64,000 bases of DNA from an uncultured Verrucomicrobiae bacterium (GTDB lineage: Bacteria > Verrucomicrobiota > Verrucomicrobiia > Chthoniobacterales > Terrimicrobiaceae): positions 96,001 through 160,000 of the forward strand of contig CAVPOC010000003.1 of the NCBI GenBank assembly GCA_963706955.1, written 5' to 3'. Position numbers and translations under genes: made by a program. Positions within the stretch are counted from its first letter, which is position 1. Each line of letters opens with the position of its first letter. The notes beneath the pieces are model-generated. The model worked only from the letters and a program-made list of their open reading frames with translations. It was not told where the DNA came from and made no database searches. Of the stretch, positions 44,875-54,756 are shown one piece after another.

Positions 44875-45825
44875 TCAATCCTCCGAAACTGTGGCAAATG
44901 TAAACGCCCGGCGCGGGTTGTGGGTGAGGATGCGCTCGACGACGTCATCACTAACGCCGCGCTCCTTTAGCAACGTCGGTAGCACGGTGAGCAGCCATAC
45001 CAAGCCCGGCTTGCCACCGTGACCGTGCCAGTAGCCGCGACGAGCTAAGTCCATTCCCACAACGATCTGGTCGGGAAACTCGGGGATGAGGGCTGCAATC
45101 AGGTCGGCCGTGGGGCAGGAGCCGTCCTTCAGGTATGTCCGGAAGTGATGATCGTACTCCAGTGTCACACCGCTCGAGAGCAGGCAACGATGATAGGCGG
45201 GGTCCGGAAGGCGATCAGTATGGCTTAGCACCACCTGCGTCGGATGCGCCCCACTCTCCAGCAGCAGGCTTACCTGCTCCTCGCCGGCCGTGCCTTGTTC
45301 GGTGTGGGTGATGATGGGACAACCTGTGCGACGGGACGCTTCCCCAGCGGCGGCAAAGGCCTGGCGCTGCTGCGGGGTGAGTTTTCCGTAACTGCCAGCG
45401 ACTTTAATCACGCCAGCTCGGTAGGGCAGCTGCACGGCATCGTCACAGACGGCCTCGTCAATCTCCTTCACGAAAACTTCTGCGAGCTCCTCCTGATCCA
45501 TCGACAGCATCGGGTGATCGGGCGGGTAGTATAGCGGCAGGTGCAGTCCAGTCGGGCAGACAATGTGCACACCGCTTTGCTGCGAGGCTGCGGCAAGTTT
45601 TCGCGCGCGGCGACCCGCACCCGTGGGCATGGTGTCGATCACCCAGCCGCCATCGGCATCACGGAACTCTCCCAGATCCACCGATGCTGCCTCGATGTCG
45701 TCCAAGAGAAAGTCCGGCTGCTTCTCCGCGATGTAAGCAGCGTCGATGATAATGTGCTCGTGCGCCCCGCAGCGCTTTAGGTCATCGGCGCGCACATCAC
45801 CAAGGACGGTTCGAACGAAGCTCAT
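44875..45825 (-). CDS. Phosphotriesterase-like lactonase/hydrolase (PTE/PHP family)
   Basis: VRTVLG, HEH metal motif, IKVA (carboxylated Lys), THT, SHTD, GMD. Confidence 0.85.
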   Translation of the reverse strand: MSFVRTVLGDVRADDLKRCGAHEHIIIDAAYIAEKQPDFLLDDIEAASVDLGEFRDADGGWVIDTMPTGAGRRARKLAAASQQSGVHIVCPTGLHLPLYYPPDHPMLSMDQEELAEVFVKEIDEAVCDDAVQLPYRAGVIKVAGSYGKLTPQQRQAFAAAGEASRRTGCPIITHTEQGTAGEEQVSLLLESGAHPTQVVLSHTDRLPDPAYHRCLLSSGVTLEYDHHFRTYLKDGSCPTADLIAALIPEFPDQIVVGMDLARRGYWHGHGGKPGLVWLLTVLPTLLKERGVSDDVVERILTHNPRRAFTFATVSED

Positions 45826-45985
45826 GCGTCCGATTCCTTTTCAAACTTCGTGCGCAGGGCTCTTCTCTCTGGCGCGTAGAAGGAGTCCTCACCGGTGTGT
45901 CGTATCTCTCCACCGCCAAGTGCGCGAGCGCCTTTCACCTGGCTGATTGTTCCGAGGATCTTGTTCATGTTTCCTCACGCGGCCG

Positions 45986-47362
45986 TCATCCCGCGATGCG
46001 ATTACGCCGCCAGGAGTCGGCGTCCGTTTTGGCTACTTCGCGGGGTCGCTCCAGGACTGCGCCGATCGTGCGGAGGCGATCCTGCAATTCCTGGATGTTA
46101 ATGCTACGAGCGCTAGCGTCAGTCTCGAGAGAAATCGCCGCGGCGATGCCCGCCGCTTGTCCCATGCTCATCGTCTGACCCATGCTCCGGCAGCTCGCGT
46201 GCGCGTCGTGCGTGGCGCTAAAGCAACGACCGACGACCCACAATTCTTCGCGGCTCTTCGGCACGAGCGTTCCGTACGGGACGCCATAAACGCCGCCTTC
46301 GTGTTCGACATAGCCCCAAACGGTTTCTTCCTCGCCGCTGGCGCTCTGGCGGTGATCTTCGATAGGGGCTCCGCAGAGGGCGATTTGATCGTCGAACTGT
46401 CGCCCGCCAATACAATCCTCCCTTGTCAGCCGATACTCTCCGTACACGCGCCGCGTCTCACGCACGCCGATATGATGAGAGAGGCCAATGATCTTCGCCA
46501 TCTCGTAGCCGGGCACCATATCGCGCAGAAAGTCTTCGTAGACGAACGCCTGCCGGCGGCCCTCGATCTCAGCGGCAGTGAGCTGCTCCGGGTCCGTTGC
46601 GTCGGTATCGCCGACCCGGACCGCGACGGTGGCGATGCAGCCCTCGTGGACCATCGGATGGGCACTGCCCTTCTTACGTGGCAGCGGATGCCGACCCGAC
46701 TCTACCGCTTCGGCCATCTTCGCCATAAGCATTTTCTTTCCACCCTCAGCTTCGAACCGGTCGAGGTCCACACTTGACATGCGAAAGGTGGTCGTGAGCG
46801 TCTGTGCCGGATCGATATCGCCTGCCTTTTCGTAAGCAACGCCTGCGAGATGGCACAGATCGGCATCGCCGCTGGCATCAATAAATCGCTTGCCCTTCAC
46901 GCGAAGGAAGCCTCGCTTGGTGTGCACGATCACTCCAAAAATGCGCCCGTCTTTCCCGACCTCTACGTCGCAGAGCCAGGCGTGAAGGAGCATTTTCACG
47001 CCCGCCCCAAGCAGCAACCTGTCCCATACAAGTTTAAGTCGCTCAGGGTTGTACGTCACGCCGGTGCCGGCTCCGTAGGTATTGGGCCGAAGGAAAATGT
47101 CGCCCGTGAGATCGAGCGCGTCGACAACGCGATCCGCGATGCCGCCGACGACCTTGCGTGGCTCTTCGCCAGGTGTGAAGAATCCGTAGAATGTGTCGAG
47201 GATCTGCGTGCTTGTGCCCCCGGCGTAGCCATAGCGTTCGATTAAGACAACCGATCGGCCCATGTCTGCTGCGGCAATCGCGGCGCAACAACCAGCGCTG
47301 CCAGCACCGACGACCACGATGTCGGCCTCGCACACAGTCGGAATGTCGGAGGATACTTTCAT
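45986..47362 (-). CDS. FAD-dependent oxidoreductase (FAD_oxidored family)
   Basis: VVGAGSAG, IDASGDADL, GVRETRR, VPYGTLVP, VGRCFSATH. Confidence 0.9.
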   Translation of the reverse strand: MKVSSDIPTVCEADIVVVGAGSAGCCAAIAAADMGRSVVLIERYGYAGGTSTQILDTFYGFFTPGEEPRKVVGGIADRVVDALDLTGDIFLRPNTYGAGTGVTYNPERLKLVWDRLLLGAGVKMLLHAWLCDVEVGKDGRIFGVIVHTKRGFLRVKGKRFIDASGDADLCHLAGVAYEKAGDIDPAQTLTTTFRMSSVDLDRFEAEGGKKMLMAKMAEAVESGRHPLPRKKGSAHPMVHEGCIATVAVRVGDTDATDPEQLTAAEIEGRRQAFVYEDFLRDMVPGYEMAKIIGLSHHIGVRETRRVYGEYRLTREDCIGGRQFDDQIALCGAPIEDHRQSASGEEETVWGYVEHEGGVYGVPYGTLVPKSREELWVVGRCFSATHDAHASCRSMGQTMSMGQAAGIAAAISLETDASARSINIQELQDRLRTIGAVLERPREVAKTDADSWRRNRIAG

Positions 47363-48144
47363 CGGTCCGCCCCGACCTCCGCGAACAGGCGGGCCAGGCG
47401 ATGGGCGTGCTCGTCGTAGGCCGCCTCGAACACTTCGGCCGCCCTCTCGCTGCCGAGAATCGCGCCGGCTGCGAGCGTCTTGGGCGGTTGTCCGGCTTCG
47501 ATAAGGCGCTTGGCCACTTCCGCTTTGATACAGTTGACAACGAGACAGCCGCCGATCGTGCTCCCGGGCGCTACAGGCTGCTCCAGTCCCTCAAGTTTCA
47601 CCATTCCGTCGCCCACCGGCGCGCCGGTATCGAGAACGACATCTGCGAAGTCGCCTAGCTTTTTGCCATCCGAGCGCTTGCTTGTGCTAGCATCGCTATG
47701 GAGCTGACTGACGAGGGCTGCAACGAAGATACCTCGTCTCTTGAAACCCTCAGCCATCTCAATGGGCACGACGTTGCAACCGCTGCTACTGATTACAAGC
47801 GCGCTATCGATTTTCTTCATCGCGTAATTGCGCAAGATGCGCTCTGCGAGTCCGCTAACATTTTCAAGGAACATTGCCTGTCGCTGACCGTTGGAGCCGA
47901 CGACGGTATGGTGGAAGCTTAGCGACAGCTCTACCATGGGGTTAAATCCCGGGAAGCTACCGTAGCGCGGCCACATTTCCTCGACCATTATCCGGCTGTG
48001 CCCGCTGCCGAACAGGTGTACCATTCGGCCGGCGAGGATAGTCTGTGCGAAGCGATCCGCAACCTTTCGTATGGCCTCGGCCTGATCGCGGATGCGCTCG
48101 ATCAGACCGGTACATTTATCTAAATAGTCTTGCGCGGGAGTCAT
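47359..48144 (-). CDS. SIS-domain sugar isomerase-like protein (UPF0309-like)
   Basis: HLFGSGHS, ISSSG.N..PIEMA, D..APVGD, PGST. Confidence 0.82.
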   Translation of the reverse strand: MTPAQDYLDKCTGLIERIRDQAEAIRKVADRFAQTILAGRMVHLFGSGHSRIMVEEMWPRYGSFPGFNPMVELSLSFHHTVVGSNGQRQAMFLENVSGLAERILRNYAMKKIDSALVISSSGCNVVPIEMAEGFKRRGIFVAALVSQLHSDASTSKRSDGKKLGDFADVVLDTGAPVGDGMVKLEGLEQPVAPGSTIGGCLVVNCIKAEVAKRLIEAGQPPKTLAAGAILGSERAAEVFEAAYDEHAHRLARLFAEVGADR

Positions 48145-48263
48145 AATAGTTAGGTGTAATAGTTTATTGGGTTCTCCTCGGCGCGAAGTCGATGTAGACT
48201 TATAGTCGCACAGGGCTCGGGCGAGCGAGGCGATGCGGTCTGGGCAAGCAAGTGGCAGATTGC

Positions 48264-49142
48264 TCATGCTCGGCCGCCCAGCATCGCGTTCCGGGCTGCA
48301 CCAATGGCCCCGGCTTCGTGTCCTAATAGCGCTGGGACTATCTCAACTGGCTGGTCTGTCGCGCGCCACTCCAGTTCCTCTAAATATGCCGCCAGCGGCT
48401 TGAACAGCGCATCGCCCGCCTTGCAGATCCCGCCGCCGATCACGACTCGCCGAGGATCAATGATGTTCACTAAGGAGGCAATGGCGGCGGCCAGGCACCA
48501 GATCGAATGCAGCCAGACGCGGATAGCCTCTGGATCACCTCTCAGATACGCCTCGACAAGATGCCAGGTCGATTCAAATCGCCCAAAGCTACGAGCTTTG
48601 ACTGTGTGATTGCCAATCGCATCCTCAAGACTACCCGGCGTGCCGACGATGTCCCGCGGCCCTAGCGCATCGACGGTCATATGACCGACGTGACCCGCTC
48701 GGCCGAGGTAGCCACGAAGCACACGCCCATCGACCAGAATCGCCCCGCCGACGCCTGTGCCGAGCGTCATCAGGATCGCATCGCGCACGTCCCGCGCCGC
48801 GCCGATCCATGCCTCGCCCGCCATCGCCGCGAGCGCGTCGTTGAGCAGGTGTACCGGTCGATCGAGTTGTTTCGACCAGTCTAGTCCCTCCAAATACTCC
48901 AGGCGACCGTGCATCCATGCGACACTATTGCTGCCCGGCGGCACGAGCCCCGGTGTCGAAATTCCCAGCGCCTTGCTTGAAGGTAATTGTTCCAGCAACT
49001 CATTGAGCCTCTCAAAGAGGATCTCGGCCCTATCGGACGTGTCGGCTTGTCGTCGCCCGAGCACTGTGCCTTCGCCATCGACCGCTACGGCCTTGATCTG
49101 AGTGCCGCCGATGTCAATGCCAATCGCTGCCACTTTGCTCAT
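48264..49142 (-). CDS. ROK family sugar kinase
   Basis: GIDIGGT, LLNDA, TLGTGVGG, AGHVGH, VIGGG; no N-terminal HTH. Confidence 0.9.
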   Translation of the reverse strand: MSKVAAIGIDIGGTQIKAVAVDGEGTVLGRRQADTSDRAEILFERLNELLEQLPSSKALGISTPGLVPPGSNSVAWMHGRLEYLEGLDWSKQLDRPVHLLNDALAAMAGEAWIGAARDVRDAILMTLGTGVGGAILVDGRVLRGYLGRAGHVGHMTVDALGPRDIVGTPGSLEDAIGNHTVKARSFGRFESTWHLVEAYLRGDPEAIRVWLHSIWCLAAAIASLVNIIDPRRVVIGGGICKAGDALFKPLAAYLEELEWRATDQPVEIVPALLGHEAGAIGAARNAMLGGRA

Positions 49143-49145
49143 TGT

Positions 49146-49955
49146 TTATTCCTCTTTATCAAAGCCAGGAATCTGGCCCTCGCTAACCGACCAGCCGCCA
49201 TCCACTGACAGCACTTGCCCGGTGATGAATCTCGATCCATCGCCAAGAAACAATAGGACGGCCTCGTCCAGGTCCGCAGGAAGACCAATGCGACCGCCAT
49301 CGAGCGGTTGCTTAGTGCTCACGAATTTAAGAATTCTCTCGTCGCCGGCAGCGCGCTGCGACATCGGCGTTTCGACTAAAGATGCCGCGATGAGATTGAA
49401 TCGAATATTCTCCTTCGCGTAGTAGGCGGCACAGCTCCGCGTAAGGCCGACAAGCGCGCTCTTAGCCGCAGCGTAGATGTGGGTGGAGAAAAATTGCGGC
49501 GAGGGCCTGAAACCGAGAACGCTACCCATATTCAATATCGCCCCGCCATCACCCTGCTTACGAAATTGCCGCACAGCAGCACGGTTCGAGAAGATTACGC
49601 TCTTGAGATTTAGCGCGAGCGTCCAGTCGATGCCCTCGTCGGTAACCTCATGCAGCGGTCCGTCGCCGAATTTTCGCCCGCTGCCGCCAGCAACGTGGTA
49701 GAGCGCATCCAGTCGGCCGAACTGCTCAACTGCCGCAACTACTGCGCGCTCGGCGGTCTCGGCACGGGTGGCGTCTCCCACAAGGAGCCGCGCCGAATCG
49801 CCTAGTTGCTGACGCGCCAGTTCGCTGGATTCGGCGTCGCGGCCGACCACTACGAGACGGGCCCCCGCCTCTTTGCACGCGGCCGCGGCTGAAAGACCCA
49901 TGCCGCTTGTGCCACCGACAATAACAAGACTCTTATTCAATAATGTTGGGGGCAT
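49146..49955 (-). CDS. SDR family oxidoreductase
   Basis: VGGTSGMG, YAAAK, ITGQVLSVDGGW. Confidence 0.9.
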   Translation of the reverse strand: MPPTLLNKSLVIVGGTSGMGLSAAAACKEAGARLVVVGRDAESSELARQQLGDSARLLVGDATRAETAERAVVAAVEQFGRLDALYHVAGGSGRKFGDGPLHEVTDEGIDWTLALNLKSVIFSNRAAVRQFRKQGDGGAILNMGSVLGFRPSPQFFSTHIYAAAKSALVGLTRSCAAYYAKENIRFNLIAASLVETPMSQRAAGDERILKFVSTKQPLDGGRIGLPADLDEAVLLFLGDGSRFITGQVLSVDGGWSVSEGQIPGFDKEE

Positions 49956-50577
49956 ACTTGGTATACTGACACTACTGGCTGATCCCGCACTGGCAATCGG
50001 TTCGCTTACCGCAAACCCCACAAACTGATCTGAACCAAGCGTCACTGATCGATCGATCGGCACCAGCGCAGGATAGAGACGGTTCGCGAGGCACTCAGAG
50101 ATAAAATCTGACACGGGCTTTTGCGACTAGGAGATCGATTTGTCAGCGCTGTGGCGCTTTCACAGCGCCACAGTATCAGTTATCAAAACGGCTGACCGGC
50201 TACTGTCGCGGCTCGCGGAGTGTCGCATCGAGAATTTGCTTCGCCGCGCGACAGCTGTTATCAACAGTAATTCCCGCCAGCGACCGAGGGGCAAATCGGC
50301 ACAGCTTTCGCAAAGTGTCTAGGCGGTCGCGCTTACCTAACCACTCTTCGCAAGAACGCGACGGCCCATTCACCTAAAAGCCAACTTTTCCTGTGGAGAG
50401 ATGCATTCCATGGGAGGTCTTCAAACCTCGCGTAAACCCGATTTCAGAGGCCATAACAGGCAAGCCTCTTTTCGCCAAGAGTATCGAACGTCACGCTTTA
50501 GGGAACAAGTGAATCTCTCCTTGACGCTTGCGAATGAAGTCTGGCTTCGATTTAGCTGAACGTGTAGGAGGAAGAAC

Positions 50578-51275
50578 ATGGCAAATCGAACAGATGGAAT
50601 TGGTAAGGACGACGCGACTAGCCGCGCCAGCGTCGCGGGACTCGACATGAAGCTCGAGGTGGTCGTCATCCCCGTCTCGGATGTTGACCGCGCCAAGGAG
50701 TTCTACGCGAAGCTCGGGTGGAGGCTCGACGCTGACTTCGCCGCCGGTGAGGACTTTCGCGTGATGCAGTTCACGCCGCCGGGCTCCGGGTGCTCGGTCA
50801 TCTTCGGCAAGAACGTCACCGCGGCAGCACCCGGCTCCGCCCAAGGACTCTACCTGATCGTCTCCGACATCGAGGCCGCCCGCGACGAGCTGCTCCGGTC
50901 GCGGCGTCGAGATCAGCGAGGTGTTCCACGAGGCCGGCGGCGTGTACGCTGGTCCGGACGAGCCCTACCTGTTTGGGCGCCGTCGGGTCAGCGGTCCGGA
51001 TCCCGAGCATGCGCAGCTACCGCTCGTTCGCCTCGTTCAGTGATCCGGACGGCAACGGCTGGCTTTTCCAGGAGGTCACGACGCGGCTGGCCGGGCGCAT
51101 CGACTCGGCCACAACGACCTTCGCGTCGGCCAACGATCTGGCGAGCGCGCTTCGGCGCGCCGCCAGCGCCCATGGCAAGCACGAGGAGCGAACCGGGCAG
51201 CGTGACGAGAACTGGCCCGACTGGTACGCCGCGTACATGGTGGCGGAGCAGGCTGGCGGAGAGCTGCCACAATGA
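50578..51275 (+). CDS. VOC/glyoxalase family protein; two frameshifts (~50896, ~51011)
   Basis: AGGAGG RBS; MKLEVVVIPVSDVDRAKEFY, QFTPPGS, FASFSDPDGNGWLFQE, ENWPDWYAAYMV in successive frames. Confidence 0.82.
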
Positions 51276-51368
51276 ACCACTACGGCGTGATCGTTATTGG
51301 TCTGCGCCCGGCGACGTGCAGGGGGCGCTGGGCTGATGGCCTGCGATCTTCCTTAAACGAGGTGTCTC

Positions 51369-52750
51369 GTGTCGCGACAATTCGATGCCATCATCATCGG
51401 GACCGGCCAGGCAGGCCCCTCTTTGGCGGCGAGGTTTGCGGACGCGGGCATGACAGTCGCCATAATCGAACGCCACAAGTTTGGTGGCACCTGTGTGAAT
51501 ACGGGATGTATTCCAACAAAGACGCTCGTTGCCAGCGCGTCCGCGGCCCATATCGCTCGTCGAGGTGCCGAATATGGTTTTGCTATCTATGGCGATGTCC
51601 GCGTCGACATGAAACGTGTCAAAGCACGCAAGGATGAAATTTCCGGACGATCGAACAGGGGCGTAGAGGAATGGTTACGAGGACTGAAAAATACTACGGT
51701 GGTCCAAGGCCATGCCCGATTTCATTCGCCCAGCACTGTCATGGTCAACGATGAAGTCCTGCAAGCCGACAAAATTTTCATCAACGTTGGCGGGCGCGCC
51801 TCTGATTCCCCCGCTCCCAGGTATTCATGACATATCGTTTCTCACCAACTCATCCATGATGGATGTCGACTTTCTTGCCGGAGCATCTCGTGATTGTCGG
51901 CGGAAGTTATATCGGCTTGGAATTCGGTCAGATGTATCGGCGCTTCGGTAGCGAAGTCACGATCATCGAGATGGGACCGCGCCTGATTGGGCGTGAAGAC
52001 GAAGATATTTCCGAAGCCGTGCGCCAAATTTTGGAGGCAGAGGGGATACAGATTCGGCTGAATGCGAAATGTATTTCACTGGCGAAGCGCGATAGCCGTA
52101 TCACCGTGGGCATCTCATGCGGCGAAGGTCCGCCGGAAGCGGTCGGCACTCATGTTCTTCTCGCGGTGGGACGGACTCCCAACACAAGCGACCTGGGTCT
52201 CGAACGGGCCGGAGTTGCGACCGACCAACGCGGCTATATCATCGTTGACGATCAACTGCAAACGAGCGCGCCCGGCATCTGGGCCCTGGGGGACTGCAAC
52301 GGCCGCGGCGCCTTTACGCATACTTCATACAACGACTATGAGATCGTGGCGGATAATCTCCTCAACGCAGACCATCGGCGCGTATCAGACCGAATCCAGA
52401 CGTACGCTTTGTTTACAGATCCGCCGCTAGGCCGATGCGGCATGACGGACGATGAAATACGGAAGTCTGGGCGCGCTGCCCTCGCTACGAAACATCCGAT
52501 GAGCCGAGTAGGCCGGGCCGTTGAGAAGGGTGAGACGCAAGGTTTCATCAAAATCTCTGTTGATGCGGAGACAAAACAGATTCTGGGTGCTGCGATCCTT
52601 GGCGTCGGAGGCGATGAAGTAGTCCAGGTTTTGCTGGACGCCATGTATGCGAAGGCGCCGTATACGGTTATACAGCGCGCAATGCATATTCATCCGACGG
52701 TTGCGGAATTTCTCCCCACCGTTTTGTCCAAACTGGAACCCTTTGCCTAA
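51369..52750 (+). CDS. FAD-dependent pyridine nucleotide-disulfide oxidoreductase (RclA/MerA-like); two frameshifts (~51801, ~51876)
   Basis: IGTGQAG, GGTCVNTGCIPTK redox pair, GGSYIGLE, WALGD, HIHPTVAE; no NmerA domain and no C-terminal CC. Confidence 0.86.
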
Positions 52751-52983
52751 AGCGGCAAAGCAGATACAGGAAAAAGGCTCGCCAATCCCATTCTGGTGAC
52801 CGGCCGGCGGCAAGACTTCGCCAATCGGAGCGGAATACGTTGTCGTGTGATCGTCGCGGTGCTCCCCAAACTCGAGCCGCACATTGGCAAGAACTAAGAT
52901 CTGACCAGTCCGCAGTCGAAAAGATCATTTCTATGCACAGAATATTCGAAGGCGCTTGACCGCACGGTCACCTATCAGGGCAT

Positions 52984-53171
52984 GTCCAGCCGGGTGACAC
53001 CGATATGAACCCCGCTTCCGGCGGGTTCGCGAAAGAGGCGGAGGATGGGAGCGCGTTGCAGCGCTACGGATAGGTAAGCGAAATTGCGGACCTTGTAGCA
53101 TATCTCGCGCGCCCGGGCGCGAGTGTCATCACCGACGCAAGTCTGGCCGTGACGGCGGCTGCGCAGTCTGA
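52984..53171 (+). pseudogene. C-terminal remnant of an SDR oxidoreductase
   Basis: Broken frames give VQPG..TDMNP, ALQRYG, EIADLVAYLA, and ASL..DGG-like segments. Confidence 0.55.
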
Positions 53172-53212
53172 TTGTTTGGGTGCTCGCATCAAATGCGGAA
53201 AGGATACTCCAT

Positions 53213-53677
53213 ATGATTTTCTATCTGCTCGCTTTGCTTATAGGTATCGTCGCGGGCCTGCGCGCCATGACTCCGCCGGCGCTGGTCGCTTGGGCGGCGC
53301 ATCTCGGCTGGATTGATCTGAGCGGAAGCTGGCTCGGTTTTCTCGCCAACGCCTGGGTGCGCTGGATACTGACGCTGCTTGCGATCGTCGAGCTGGTCAC
53401 GGATCAACTCCCTTCCACGCCCAGCCGCACCGTGCCGATCCAATTCGGCGCGCGCATCGCGACGGGAGCACTCTCTGGCGCCGCTGTAGGCGCGGCGGGC
53501 GGGGCAATGGTGGGCGGGCTCCTGGCAGGGATTGCCGGTGCAGTGATCGGAACTTTAGGGGGGCGCGCCCTTCGCGCGCGGCTCGCGTCGGCCTTCGGCA
53601 GCGACCGACCCGCCGCCTTCATCGAAGACGCCGTTGCCATCGGCGGCGCGCTGCTGATTGGAGTCGCACTGCGATGA
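53213..53677 (+). CDS. DUF4126-like membrane protein
   Basis: GIVAGLRAMT, ELVTDQLPSTPSR, AFIEDAVA; Gly/Ala-rich hydrophobic protein. Confidence 0.75.
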   Translation: MIFYLLALLIGIVAGLRAMTPPALVAWAAHLGWIDLSGSWLGFLANAWVRWILTLLAIVELVTDQLPSTPSRTVPIQFGARIATGALSGAAVGAAGGAMVGGLLAGIAGAVIGTLGGRALRARLASAFGSDRPAAFIEDAVAIGGALLIGVALR

Positions 53678-53727
53678 ACAGGTTCGACGTAGTTTTCAAC
53701 AATGGCTGAAAATTAATGCGAGTAGTT

Positions 53728-53925
53728 ATGGAGACGACAAGAAATGCAAAAGTCGAAGCGGTCGACATGAAGCTCGAAGTCGTAGTGCTCGGCGTTTCCG
53801 ACGTCGACCGCGCGAAGGCGTTCTACGAGAATCTGGGCTGGCGGCTCGATGCCGACATCGAGAGCCGACTTCCGCGGCGTGCAGGTGACGCCGCACAACT
53901 CGGAAGCTTCGATCAGACTGCCTAA
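53728..53925 (+). pseudogene. Truncated second VOC/glyoxalase copy
   Basis: DMKLEVVVLGVSDVDRAKAFYENLGWRLDAD matches the N-terminus of 50578, then degenerates. Confidence 0.75.
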
Positions 53926-54194
53926 GTGAATGCGATGGCTATTCACAAATAGGTTGATTCCGACGTAGGCGCCAACCCGGAGCTGTGCCCTTACCGGCTC
54001 CGGCTGGCGCGACCTCGCCCTGCCGAGCGTTTGTGAGCCTCACTTTCTCTCAGCTTGAGCTCATCTGCCATTTGCCGAACTTGACGCCCACAACTTTGAG
54101 GAGTCTGCCGCGAACACCAGCCTTAGAAGCGGCCTACGAATAGAAGAACAGTATGGATTTTCTTCTAAGCCCCAAGCTCCCTGCTGTGCTGCTG

Positions 54195-54740
54195 CTAATA
54201 CGAGTTCTCAAGTTGCGGCACGACTCGCAGTCGCGATGCAGCCGCTTGCATCGGGGAGAAAGCGGCAAGCACGGGATCGAGACGGTCGAGAGCCTGAATG
54301 GCGCTCTTTTCATCGACGCAGAAAACGGCGGCATGGGCGGGAGGGAACAGATAGAGACCGATGATATCGGCGACTTTCGCTTCGAAATCTGGATCGTTGG
54401 AAGCCATGAAGTGACGACGCCGATGGGGTTGCAGCCCGTAGCGCCTCCAGATGCGAGCGACGCTCATGTGCCCGAGGCCGAGTTTGCGTCCCAGACGACG
54501 GCTGCTCCAGTGAGTGCTCCCATCATCGGGGCGGCGCAGAGTCCACTCGATCACTTTGGCTTCCAGAGCGGCCGCATTGGCTCTGGGCTCACGCCCGCGA
54601 TGCTGGGCGACAAGACCGCTCAAGCGTGTTTGGCGGAACCGAGTGGTCCAACGCTGCACATACGCAGTGCTGCACTGCAGCGCCCCGGCGATCGCGCGCA
54701 CACTCTGCCCGGGCGCACGCCTCAAAGATGACATCGGCAC
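54195..54740 (-). mobile_element. IS630 family transposase fragment (inactive)
   Basis: THWSSRRL, SNDPDFEAKVADIIGLYL.PP.HAAVFCVDEKSAIQALDR; breaks off after the first catalytic Asp. Confidence 0.85.
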
Positions 54741-54756
54741 GCCGCGCGTCTCGGAA

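Noticed and set aside
44875..45825. Organophosphate-degrading opd gene
   Set aside because: No Tat leader, and the sugar-metabolism context fits the generic PTE/PHP lactonase family
51369..52750. Mercuric reductase MerA / mercury resistance
   Set aside because: No N-terminal NmerA domain, no C-terminal CC pair, and no merR, merT or merP nearby
54153..54731. 192 aa plus-strand ORF over the IS region
   Set aside because: Antisense shadow of the IS630 transposase fragment
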